DNA of 63,740 nucleotides, filler included, from Octopus bimaculoides (GCF_001194135.2; 6 parts of 5 records of this genome joined end to end with filler, not necessarily neighbours in it), one strand, 5' to 3'; counted from the first letter of the whole stretch, positions 13,796-27,013 are shown. Numbers and translations are program-made. The notes: generated by a model from the sequence alone, not told the origin.

Positions 13796-14230
13796 TATCT
13801 TTTATCTTTTGTTTCAGTTATTAGACTACGGCCATATTGGGGAACCGCCTTGAAGAATTTTAGTCGATACAATTGACCTCAGAACTTTGCTTTTAAGCCT
13901 GGTAATTATTCTATCGATCATTTTTGTTGAACCGCAAAAAAGATCGATAGAATAAGTACCAGGCTTAACGTAAACAAACCAGTACCGGTTGTCAAACGGT
14001 GGTGGTAGTGGTGGGACAAACACAAACACAAAGACACACACACAAACACATAAGCACACACAAACACACATACGACGGGTTTCTTTCAGTTTCCCTTTAC
14101 CAAATCAACTCACAAGGCTTTAGTCGGCCCGAGGCTATAGTAGAAGACACTTGCTTAAGGTGTCACGCAGTAAGACTGAAACCAAAACTATGTGTCTGGG
14201 AAGCAAGCTTCTTACCACACAGCCACGCCG
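13796..14230 (-). mobile_element. tRNA-derived SINE family B (~430 bp, internal (GT)n), full length
   Basis: Head GGCGTGGCTGTGTGGTAAGAAGCTTGCTTCC, body CTATAGCCTCGGGCCGAC..AAGCCTTGTGAGT, tail GACTGAAAC..AAAGATAAAAGA pattern. Confidence 0.9.
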
Positions 14231-14331
14231 TATATAATTTACAAAAATCGGTTTATCGACAGAAAAATATTCTAATGGACGACTGCCTCTAACTTAACAA
14301 TCGATACAAACATTACCTTTGAGCGACATTA

Positions 14332-14700
14332 CCTGTCTCTGTTCTTGAAGATGGTAATAATACTTGCATTTCTGCTATCAGCTGTCAGCTCTTCATGCGC
14401 CCATATCAGCAAAACCAATGTATTCAGTTTTGATGCCAGTTCTTCATACTCAATGTTATATATCTCATACAAAATCAACTGGACTCAGGTGCCGTATTGA
14501 CATTAAGAGAACGAATTATATTTTGACCTGTGCAACATTAGCCAATGCAACGGAATTGTTCCTTATTGGGCTTTTTGCATGGTGCCCAGAGATCTTTCCT
14601 TGACTGCACAGCCATAATGAAGCAAATTTAGTTGGTTGTTGCTAGAGCCTTGTTCTTTTTGTTCACTTTGAACCATCTTTAGATCTGTATCGATGCTAGA
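14332..14700 (-). mobile_element. RTE-clade LINE RT N-terminal relic
   Basis: 14466 to 14332 translates EIYNIEYEELASKLNTLVLLIWAHEELTADSRNASIITIFKNRDR, matching the RTE pattern IW..EE.P.D.RDA.I.TIFK.KGDR. Confidence 0.7.
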
Positions 14701-15839
14701 TCTGTTGTTATTGGAACATAGTCTGCTTTAGTCATTCTAAAAAAAATAAAAACCTTTTGTGTCACGTATACCAGTCAGTTACTGAATTTCAAGTACTTTC
14801 GTTTCTTAACGTTTGTTCCTCATTACACGTTTTAGTATTTGAGTTATACCCTTATCTTGACGGCATGCTTTCCTTTTGTGCTCATTATTTTTCTTATTTT
14901 GGTGGGAATGAAAAGCTCTATGTTTGTCGACAGGTACTTGATTAAATTGTGGTTCTCGACAAACCAGACTTGATATTTTTGTTATGAGGCTCAAGAACTG
15001 ACAAGCTGCAGAAACGTCTGCTTTTAGAGCACGTCATCTATTTTCAACAATTCACAATATTCTATATTGATTGATAAAAAATTATCATTTAGGTTCTAAT
15101 AAAGTTTCTCTTCCATTTTTTGGATTCAGATGGCATTGATTCTGTAGTCGATCGACTATGGAGCGAATTGGATTGCTGTAATAAGCGGCGATCGGTTCAG
15201 CACCTGCCAGGTCCTATACTAGCGAGTGTAATGTGCACATCTTTGTGATGCGGGCACGGACGATGGTATAGATTTATATAGAAATGCTTGGAACACAGAT
15301 GATACCACGAACCCTTATCGCAACGTTGTATCGTGATTATTAGACTATATTCCTCAAAATTAGGGTCGGAATATCATTTGAGTTAACCTTTCCGTCCTCC
15401 TTCTAACTGTAGTATTTCGTAGATTGAAATCGTTTACTGACTTTGGCAATGAATTCGTTCAACAAGAAAATTGTGTCTTCTTTTGACAGGAAAGAGAGAA
15501 AGACGGGGAGACAAATAAGGAAAGAGAAAAGAATAGGGAAATGGTGAGCGGGAGAGAAGAGGTAAAACGAACCTTCAGCGCAAGTGTATATATTAGAGAA
15601 AGGGCACACCTAATCTAAGAAAGGAATCGAAGGAGTGGAGCAGTGGCAAATCAGAGCGAAATAGAAAAACAGGTAAGGCGTAATGAAAGAAAGAAAATCG
15701 AAATACGAGATCTGTATAGTGAAAGAATAAAAGCGAAGAAACTTATTTCACGATCCTAACGAGCTTCGAAAAGCAAACGTCAGAAAAATCCATTAAGCTG
15801 TAAGACGCATTTGGAAATTGCCAATATGTGCCACGCGCA

Positions 15840-15915
<76 letters not shown>

Positions 15916-16016
15916 NNNNNNNNNNNNNNNNNNNNNNNNNNNNNNNNNNNNNNNNNNNNTTAATTAATTAANNNNNNNNNNNNNNNNNNNNNNNNNNNNN
16001 NNNNNNNNNNNNNNNC

Positions 16017-16398
16017 TATTTTTGTAAGGCAGTCTTCAAACTTGCCTACATGATTTGGAGCATCTGGAGGGCGATATGTAGCACATATAACTACATTGAG
16101 TTGTCTTATATGTACAATTAGTGTGTCACATACTGAATTTGAGTGTGACAAAAGGACCTGGGGTGTGAGGTCTTCGCAGATGTACATAGCAAACCTCACC
16201 ATGACTCCTTTCTTTTCTGTTAGTCCGTAATACAACATACTGTGGTATGTGTATTTCTGCATTTCCTATATCTGGTTTCAGGTGTGTTTCCGTAAGTGCT
16301 ATGCATAAGGCTTGATTGCAAGCAACAAGGTCTCTCAAGAAAGGGATTTTTGTCCTGTTACTAAGTGATAACAGTCCTTTGATGTTCAGTAAGAGCAT
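16017..16398 (-). mobile_element. APE-type endonuclease fragment of a CR1/L2/Jockey-group LINE
   Basis: LLNIKGL...IALTETHLKPDI..AEIHIP.Y...R..RKERSHG, then after a frameshift MYICED...CDTL...ICATYRPPD. Confidence 0.85.
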
Positions 16399-16639
16399 CG
16401 ATGTGATCTTTGTGTTGTTGCCAGTGGTGCAGCAGTGATTATATTATTTGGGTTTTCTCCTTCAGCACAGCGCCAGGCTCTCAAAAACAATGCCAATTCC
16501 ATGCTTCTCCAGGTTCTGGACATTTTTGTGTTTAATTTATTAATTTATCTATCTATCTATCTATTTATTTATTTATTATTATTTTTTAATTTTAACAGTG
16601 TGATGGAGGGTAGTGAAGAAATAGAGAAAGAAAGTGTCT

Positions 16640-17700
16640 ATATTTAGAGAGATTGAGTGGCTGAGAGAAGAGAGGAAGAGAGAGAGAGAATGTTCGTGTC
16701 TATTTGCGAGGGAGAGAGAGAGAGAGAGAAGAAAGACGTTGTGATAGAGAGAAGTGAAAAGACACAGAGAGAGGGGGGTATGTATTTATGATAAAGGTTG
16801 AGGGTCTGAGAGAAGAAAGACTGTGTTAGAGAGAAGAAATAGAGAAGAGAGAGAAAGATTGTGTCAGGAGAAAAGTAAAGAGAAAGAGAGAGTGTGTGTG
16901 TCTATGTATTTATAGTGATGAAATAGAGAGAAGAAAGAATAGTGGAAGAGAGATTAAGGGTCTGAGAGAAGAATTATGGGATGATGGAATGAAGTAAAAA
17001 GATAGAGAGAGAGTGTATCTACGTATTTAGAGAGAAACAATAGAGAAAGGGGAAAAAGACGGTATGATGGAGAAGAGAGCGAGAGAGAGAAGTTATACAA
17101 ACTCNNNNNNNNNNNNNNNNNNNNNNNNNNNNNNNNNNNNNNNNNNNNNNNNNNNNNNNNNNNNNNNNNNNNNNNNNNNNNNNNNNNNNNNNNNNNNNNN
17201 NNNNTGAGAGAGTAAGAGTGTAGAGAGTAAGAGTGAGAGAGAGGGAAAGAGAGAGAGGGAAAGAGAGAGAGGGAAAGAGAGTGAGAGTGTAAGGGTGAGA
17301 GAGTAAGAGTGTAGAGAGTAAGAGTGTAGAGAGGGGGAGTACGAGAGAAGAGAGTGAGAGAGAGTAAGAGAGAGGAGAGAAAGAGTAGGGGTGAAGAGGA
17401 GTGGGAGTGAAGAGAAGTAGGAGTGAGGTGGAGAGAAGTGGGAAGAGAAGCAGGAGTGAAGAGAAGTAGGGATGAAGAGAAGTAGGAAGAGAAGTAGGAG
17501 TGAATAGAAGTAGGAGGGAAGAGAGGTGAAGAGACATACAAAGAAGTAGGAGTCAGAGCAGGAGGGGAGGTGGGGGAGATATGGGTGGTAGGAGGGAGGG
17601 TGGAGGAGAGAGGCAGGAGGAGAGGGTTAGATGAAGAAGAGAGGAGAGGGGAGTTGAGCCCATGTGGCGCAAAGGAGTGAAGAGAGAAGATTAATCCCTG
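16640..17700. repeat. Purine-rich (GA) low-complexity tract
   Basis: Direct inspection. Confidence 0.9.
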
Positions 17701-18424
17701 NNNNNNNNNNNNNNNNNNNNNNNNNNNNNNNNNNNNNNNNNNNNNNNNNNNNNNNNNNNNNNNNNNNNNNNNNNNNNNNNNNNNNNNNNNNNNNNNNNNN
17801 NNNNNNNNNNNNNNNNNNNNNNNNNNNNNNNNNNNNNNNNNNNNNNNNNNNNNNNNNNNNNNNNNNNNNNNNNNNNNNNNNNNNNNNNNNNNNNNNNNNN
17901 NNNNNNNNNNNNNNNNNNNNNNNNNNNNNNNNNNNNNNNNNNNNNNNNNNNNNNNNNNNNNNNNNNNNNNNNNNNNNNNNNNNNNNNNNNNNNNNNNNNN
18001 NNNNNNNNNNNNNNNNNNNNNNNNNNNNNNNNNNNNNNNNNNNNNNNNNNNNNNNNNNNNNNNNNNNNNNNNNNNNNNNNNNNNNNNNNNNNNNNNNNNN
18101 NNNNNNNNNNNNNNNNNNNNNNNNNNNNNNNNNNNNNNNNNNNNNNNNNNNNNNNNNNNNNNNNNNNNNNNNNNNNNNNNNNNNNNNNNNNNNNNNNNNN
18201 NNNNNNNNNNNNNNNNNNNNNNNNNNNNNNNNNNNNNNNNNNNNNNNNNNNNNNNNNNNNNNNNNNNNNNNNNNNNNNNNNNNNNNNNNNNNNNNNNNNN
18301 NNNNNNNNNNNNNNNNNNNNNNNNNNNNNNNNNNNNNNNNNNNNNNNNNNNNNNNNNNNNNNNNNNNNNNNNNNNNNNNNNNNNNNNNNNNNNNNNNNNN
18401 NNNNNNNNNNNNNNNNNNNNNNNN

Positions 18425-19085
18425 GGAGGGGTAGGGTGGTGGGATGGTAGGTGAGGGGAAAAGGGAGGCGGGAAATGGCAGGGCGGGTTCGGGGAGAGCG
18501 AGCAGATGCACGGTCCACAGAACGTGCTCTGGCAAGGGCGGTGTGGATGGTGGTGGGTGGATATCCACGCAGGCTAAAGTGGTGAGCCATGAGTTGAGAC
18601 AGAGTCTCAAAGTCATGGCTGTCACTACAAAGTCTGCGTAGACGGAGGAATTAGGAATAGGGGATGGAAAGCTTTGTGTGTCTAGGGTGGGAGTAGGAGA
18701 AGTTGAGATAGGAGTGTGAGTCTGTGTGTTTGTAGTGGATGGAGGTGCTAAGGGCGGAGTGGAGGATGCTGACCGAAATGTCAAGAAAGGGGACAGAGGT
18801 GTCAGAGANNNNNNNNNNGGAGTGGAGGATGCTGACCGAAATGTCAAGAAAGGGGACAGAGGTGTCAGAGATAGTACAGGAGAAGTGGAGGGCAGGATGG
18901 AAAGATTGAACGAAAGAGAGGAACGAGTCAAGATGTTCACGGGAGAGTGAGGTGACAGATACAGTCGTCGATATACCGACCGTATAGTTCGGGAGGACCA
19001 GTGAAACTGGAGAATATTTGGGCCTCAACATAACCAACGAACAGGTTCGCGTAGTTGGGGCCCATTCTTGTCCCCATGGCCACTC
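18425..19085 (-). mobile_element. Penelope-like element reverse transcriptase fragment (5'-truncated, frameshifted)
   Basis: Across frames: VAMGTRMGPNYANLFVGYVEAQIFSSFTGPPELYGRYIDDCI (YIDD at 18964-18975), then SFHPALHFSCTISDTSVPFLDISV, IHYKHTDSHSYLNFSYSHP and LRGYP..TIHTALARA. These are PLE RT motifs 5-7 and the thumb. Confidence 0.9.
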
Positions 19086-19494
19086 AAGTATATACGTATT
19101 TGCATCGGGACATTTTTCGCATCGAAGATCGGTGATTGTCTTACGCTGAGGATGGGTAAATACCCAGAAACTCGAGTCTGTGCGTATCACAGATCAAGAT
19201 GGGAAGGATGACTTCCCGTTGCAAATACAGACGGGACACAGATGTGTGTCAATAGCCAGCTAGAGGAGATGTTCTCCTGGGGCTAAAAGCAACAGTAACA
19301 TCCACCCTTAGGGTTCAGCCGCATTTAAGTGGCAAATATACATCACGTTGTCGTGCAGTTACTGTTAATACCTCATTCAGAGATTTAACATTGCTTGGTT
19401 TCACTTTTTCGAGATCAGTGAATATTTTCACTGGAAAAAGTATATACGTATTTGCATCAAGACATTTTTCGCATCGAAGATCGGTGATTGTCTT
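19086..19494 (+). mobile_element. Hammerhead-containing 352-nt tandem unit (retrozyme-like / PLE pseudo-LTR)
   Basis: 19086-19142 recurs at 19438-19494 (offset 352, 2 substitutions). The second copy runs into the N gap just before the position of its ribozyme core. The unit is dense in hairpins. Confidence 0.7.
19127..19195 (+). ncRNA. Minimal type-I hammerhead ribozyme
   Basis: CTGAGGA core at 19146-19152. Stem II TGGGT/ACCCA with AAAT loop (19153-19166). GAAA at 19167-19170. Stem III AC-TCGA-GT with a palindromic loop. GUC cleavage triplet at 19176-19178. Proximal stem I TACG/TGTG, and distal stem I GATCGGTGAT (19127-19136) / ATCACAGATC (19186-19195) with 9 of 10 pairs. Confidence 0.85.
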
Positions 19495-20150
19495 NNNNNN
19501 NNNNNNNNNNNNNNNNNNNNNNNNNNNNNNNNNNNNNNNNNNNNNNNNNNNNNNNNNNNNNNNNNNNNNNNNNNNNNNNNNNNNNNNNNNNNNNNNNNNN
19601 NNNNNNNNNNNNNNNNNNNNNNNNNNNNNNNNNNNNNNNNNNNNNNNNNNNNNNNNNNNNNNNNNNNNNNNNNNNNNNNNNNNNNNNNNNNNNNNNNNNN
19701 NNNNNNNNNNNNNNNNNNNNNNNNNNNNNNNNNNNNNNNNNNNNNNNNNNNNNNNNNNNNNNNNNNNNNNNNNNNNNNNNNNNNNNNNNNNNNNNNNNNN
19801 NNNNNNNNNNNNNNNNNNNNNNNNNNNNNNNNNNNNNNNNNNNNNNNNNNNNNNNNNNNNNNNNNNNNNNNNNNNNNNNNNNNNNNNNNNNNNNNNNNNN
19901 NNNNNNNNNNNNNNNNNNNNNNNNNNNNNNNNNNNNNNNNNNNNNNNNNNNNNNNNNNNNNNNNNNNNNNNNNNNNNNNNNNNNNNNNNNNNNNNNNNNN
20001 NNNNNNNNNNNNNNNNNNNNNNNNNNNNNNNNNNNNNNNNNNNNNNNNNNNNNNNNNNNNNNNNNNNNNNNNNNNNNNNNNNNNNNNNNNNNNNNNNNNN
20101 NNNNNNNNNNNNNNNNNNNNNNNNNNNNNNNNNNNNNNNNNNNNNNNNNN

Positions 20151-20192
<42 letters not shown>

Positions 20193-22165
20193 TCTATTGT
20201 TGACAGATTTGTATCTGCGATACTTCAAAAAGATAGAGCCAAAAAAATTAAGGTTATTGGAGAACGATTTTATTCTACAGGAAATCATTATGTATTTTGT
20301 GTAGAATATTTCAGTGAATTAGAATAGTTCCCTGTTGTTATCCTTTTCCATTTGATTTCGCTATTTTTACGTTGATTTTCAGCATTTCGATACAAGTTTG
20401 CACACATACAAATCCGCGTGCGTACTATACCCACATAATCCTAAACCCTTTTATAATAATGGTGAAAAAGAAAACGAGGGGAATAGCGCAGAAGCATAAC
20501 CCGTGGTCGCTCAACCTGCTAGTGATAGTAGCCAAATATCAGAACACACCCGCGTTCCTAGAAAAGACACTTTAGATGTTGAAGACCTCGCTATTTATCT
20601 TGATTAAAATACATGGTTAATTTTGAAATATTCTTTGATTGTAGCCTTGTTTGAGATCTGTCTAAATAACTGTCAGTCTCCGAGTAAGTAACTAATATAG
20701 TCACCACGAACCAGCGAATGAGTGTCTTATTGGTCGTTTGACATGCTTGCAATCGCAGTCTCATTTCCTTCAAATCACGTTCCGCTGTCCTATAAAGGGA
20801 AGGGCACACTAGATGACGTTGTCATGGATGTCTTCCACAATTGACGGAATAAAGCTGGAATAGCTTTGGTCATAGGTCTACAACCACCATTTCGAGCAAG
20901 CAAAACAGCCTTTAAGTCAGCGCTTGACAAGCACAAGATAGAAGTTAAATTCCCCTGAAACAACACCTTACCATCTTAAGAAAGGAAGGATTCACAGAAT
21001 AGTGTACTTCTGGAAACACTGGAATAAGGATGGGACGGTTGTTTATGGCTAGAACACATTAACCATAGCATTACTTACTCAAAGCTGGCCTGTCCTTAAA
21101 CAACGACAGCAATATTTCAGTAAACACCAAAAAAATAAGGGATGATAAATACTTGTGAAAAGGAATGTATTAAGTTTCAAACAGAATCTTTCATTAGAGA
21201 ACCATTTCCTCTGATACAAAGAGAATGAACATAAACTTTTGTATCGACTCTTATACATATACAACGCCACAAAGAAAGCTGAAGTAGATATTTGAGAATA
21301 CCAATTCTCCAGTGATAGACTATATATGTATGTTATTTTAATGATCTCTCAGTGTGGTGTGAGTCCGTAAATGTATAAGAAAATAACAGAACGGCTTACT
21401 CAATTCATGTCCGATACATTCTATATGGATAGCAAAGAACTGAAAGGGTAAGCCGACCACGACTTGATTTTGAGTCAGAGTAAAAAAATATACTATAAAT
21501 ACATTCAATCTGTCACTTGAAAAATATGTCAATTTTAGTGGAAATAGGTTATAGGAAAATGTTTGAACGTCTTATTTTTGTTTACACTATTTTATTGAGC
21601 GAGTCGACAAAATGGAAGGAAAGCGGCGTAATAAAAACTGGGAGCAGCAGTAATGAGGAATGTAAAAATTTCACACATAAAAAATATACAATTATCAGAT
21701 TATTTAAAAAGGAAAAAAAAAAAAACTTTCAGCAATTTTTATTTTAAAGAATAAAAATAAAAGGTCTAGTTTGCAAAATTATGAAGAAGTAATATTAATT
21801 CAATCATGTTTTGGTTTGTCATATTGTTTTCTTTCAAAATATTGAAAGAAAACAAAACAAGACATCAAAGAAACTCCTAAACTAGAAGATCGAAAAAGAT
21901 AGAAAGTAATAATGGCTACTATGGGAGTTAGGACGAAATACTGAAAACGTTAATAAATAGTTTATCTATACGGATAGACAGCCAACGTATGTAGCAGACT
22001 TGTTTACAAAAGATATTTCATAAGAATAATCCATGCTACTGATGATAATCAAGAAAAAATTGCTAACTGTTTTACTGAAACTTACATAGACTATGTAAGT
22101 AGGAAACCATATTTGTTAAAGGGAGGTGAAAAAAAAAATGTTTCAATTTAATTGTTCATGTGTGC

Positions 22166-22200
<35 letters not shown>

Positions 22201-23124
22201 ACTAATTGCTGTATACAACAAATATTGATTTCTTACTTAGGTGAGGGCCTTGAATTTTGTAGGGAAGTGGATAAATTATTAAGACGTTTGTAATATTTTT
22301 CAAGGGCATTAGCGACGAAGCGAAATGAAATGACTACAACTCTATACTCTTTTCATGATGAGCGTTTCTGGGCATTGTTTTGCGGTAAATCAGGACTATA
22401 ACACACAAAAAAAGAATTCCTTACATTGAAAGTGATTATGAAAATATTCTAACAAAATTATTTAAGTTATATTTATATTTAACCATTTGTTAGAAGGAAA
22501 GCTAGTCTTCCAATCACTGATTGCTGCATGAAGACAAGTTTTACAAAATCATTAACCTATAACACGCTGAATAAAAATGATTGCTTAAAGAATAAAAGCT
22601 TGAATGGGGTATGAGTTCACGAACCGGTTTCGATTCCCGGATGCAACCATTTTAAATTATGTCGCTAAGACGACATAAACGTGACACACATACCCCATTT
22701 TTTTTACTAATGATTGTCAACCATAAACTGAAGGCAAATACGGATACATTACCAGACGTACCATAGAGATATAATTAAAGTAACATACGAACCAGTGTTG
22801 TATTTGATGAGGAAACCAAGTACTGAACTAAATACCATAAAATAGTGTCTAACTGCTATCTAGTGTTTATAAAATATCCCACCGCCTTCAACATTCCATG
22901 ATAATGGTTTCTATATTACGTTTTAATCAAACAGTTAAATGCGTTGGAAAGAAAACGATATGAACTCACAACTCAGGAATCTAATACAATCGTTATCGCG
23001 TCTTAATTAGATTGAGACAAAATAAACACAACACAGTTGTCAGGATAAACAAAATAAAACAGAGGATGTAGAGGGCTAATTAAACTCAAAACATGTAATT
23101 GTTCATATTAGCTATTATTAATTA

Positions 23125-24720
<1,596 letters not shown>

Positions 24721-25752
24721 CTTCCCAGTTTTTCCTCTCCACTTCCTCCTATGCTTTCTCAGGGTTCCCAATTTCTCTTCCCTCTCTTGTTTAGTTCAGC
24801 TTTTCACCTCCTACTCCGTTTCAAGCGTTCTCTTCCTCCTTGCACCCTCGTTTGTATCTTCCACCCCTTCCAGTTTCGTTCTCTGCACTTTCTTTGCCTC
24901 TGCCCTCAGATTCGCCTGCTTCATATTTATCTCCCTTGTCTCGTTGCACCCATGACCTATTCATTTACTTCTTACCAGTTCCATCTCCTCCCACTACCCT
25001 TATTCTCGCTTGATGTTCTCCTTTTACCTATATTTCTTCTTCCTCTTGTTCACCACTCACCTATTTTCACTTCCCTTTTATAACTTTCTTTCTGTTTCTA
25101 TTTATTTCAGCTCCTATTTCTATTTTTTCTTTTACTCAATACCTTCGTTTCAGTTTATCCATCTTTATCTCACCTTGCCCCTCCTTTTCAACTGTCATTT
25201 TACTAGTGCTTCTTCCCGTTACATTACACCAGTGTTCATAAAAGAGAGAAATGCAAATAACGTGCGCTGAAGACTTTCACTTCTTTCTCCTGTCCAGTTT
25301 TCTACAATTTCTTTTATTGTCACTTTTTTTTTTATCTCATCATATATTTCTATTTCTCATCTTTGTCTCTTGAATTAATGTTTTCATTACATAAGTATAT
25401 CTTATCTGTATCTATATCTTTCTCAATGTGTATTACAGCCCACCAACTTGTCAGGCAACGCAAAGCTATCAGCTTGCGGATCTGCTGACCTACACATGTG
25501 CGAAATAATAGTAGCAGCAAAGAGGGAGGGGGGGGAGGAAGAATCGGTTATTAGTGATCCGTGGGTAGCAAAACATACGGAGTGAAAAGCAGAGCTGGTA
25601 TAAGCCTAATTAAGATAGCTTATTCAAAATTGAATACCAGGAAGCATACGTTTATGTATGTATGTATCTAAATATATATATATAATCATAATATGACAGC
25701 AAAAGAATGAATGAGACTTCGATATTATGTAAATAGAGGAATTTATCTATAA

Positions 25753-25846
25753 TATATGTGACAATTAGTTGGTTGCCATAATAAAATTCAGAATTCCGCC
25801 CCGACATCCGAAACTCTGAGTTTTATTATGCCAACCGACTAATTGT

Positions 25847-25854
<8 letters not shown>
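25753..25854. repeat. 102-nt near-perfect inverted repeat
   Basis: 43-bp arms with 2 mismatches and 2 G-T pairs; 16-nt C-rich loop. Confidence 0.9.
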
Positions 25855-25885
<31 letters not shown>

Positions 25886-26834
25886 GTATATGTGTGCATG
25901 TTTGTATGTGTGTTCACTCATGAAAAGGAATAAAACTGGAGTTCGAACAATACAGAGAGAAACTAAAATCGAAAAAAGTGCAAGTGAAATTACCAAGTAT
26001 TTTGTGCAAAGGAACATTAGTAAAACAAAAATATGTAGAAAAATGACTGAGAATGAGATAGATAAAGGGAGGTTACTGGAGAGAGAGAGAGCGAAAGACG
26101 ATAGGAGGAGGAATTATAGAACCATCGTCACAATCGCGTTTCAGAACATTTACTGTGAAATGAGGGTAATGAAAAAGTTGAAGTTAGAGGAAGATATCAG
26201 AAAGAAGGAAAGGGTCAGTAAGTACAGTAGTACCAAATGTTTTTAGTAACAAAACGGAGAAAACTATCTGTATTAATGATAGTGATAAAATTCTCAAAGT
26301 GCCTTCTATGCGAAGAACATTTCGTTATGTACGATAAAACGAAAATAATTCCTAATCAGCTGAAATTTTAGGTACGTAAATTATTCCAAAGAGAGAAAAA
26401 GGTGTGAACTAACCAAATTTCAACTGACCAGAATTAGAGCTAAGTAGGAGGTGAACAAGTAAATCTGTCTTTGCAGCTGTAGGGACAACTCTGAATATGT
26501 TTCGGTCTTATCTTAGTATAGCAGAGTCTACTCCCAAGACTCTGGAACACTAGACATTAAGGCGATCCAATAAAACTGAAATTAGTCATTCTGAGATTTT
26601 GGCCTAACTAGAAGGTTATCCTTCACTAAGAAGGTCTAATATTTCCTCAGTAAAGCATAGCATGATACATGATCAGATTTATCAAAGCCGCGAAAGATAT
26701 AACCTCACTTCTGTTACAGAAATTTCGAGAGTAATCTCCCTTCCTTCTAAGAAGCTTTTTTTGTTTTGTTTTTTTTGCTTGCGTAAGATTAATTACAGTT
26801 GCAGGCTAGCTATTGATTCAGAAGTTCTCTTTGC

Positions 26835-27013
26835 AATCACGTAGTTTCGAATTCAGTCCAACTTCACGACACCTTAGGCAATGCCTTCTACCCATAGAAT
26901 AAATACCGGGTTTAAGAAAAGATAAGTACTGGGAATAATTTGTTCGACTAAATCCTTGAAGACGGTGCCCCAGCATGGCCGCAGTCAAATGACTGAAACC
27001 AGTAAAAGATAAA
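26835..27013 (+). mobile_element. SINE family B with a central deletion
   Basis: Head (ttcagtcc..cttcacgacaccttaggcaa) joined directly to the 3' part (atagaataa...ggtgccccagcatggccgcagtcaaatgactgaaac). Confidence 0.8.

Noticed and set aside
18651-19190. 179-aa ORF as a single protein
   Set aside because: Chimeric read-through of the antisense ribozyme unit and an out-of-frame part of the PLE RT; only its distal part is true RT.
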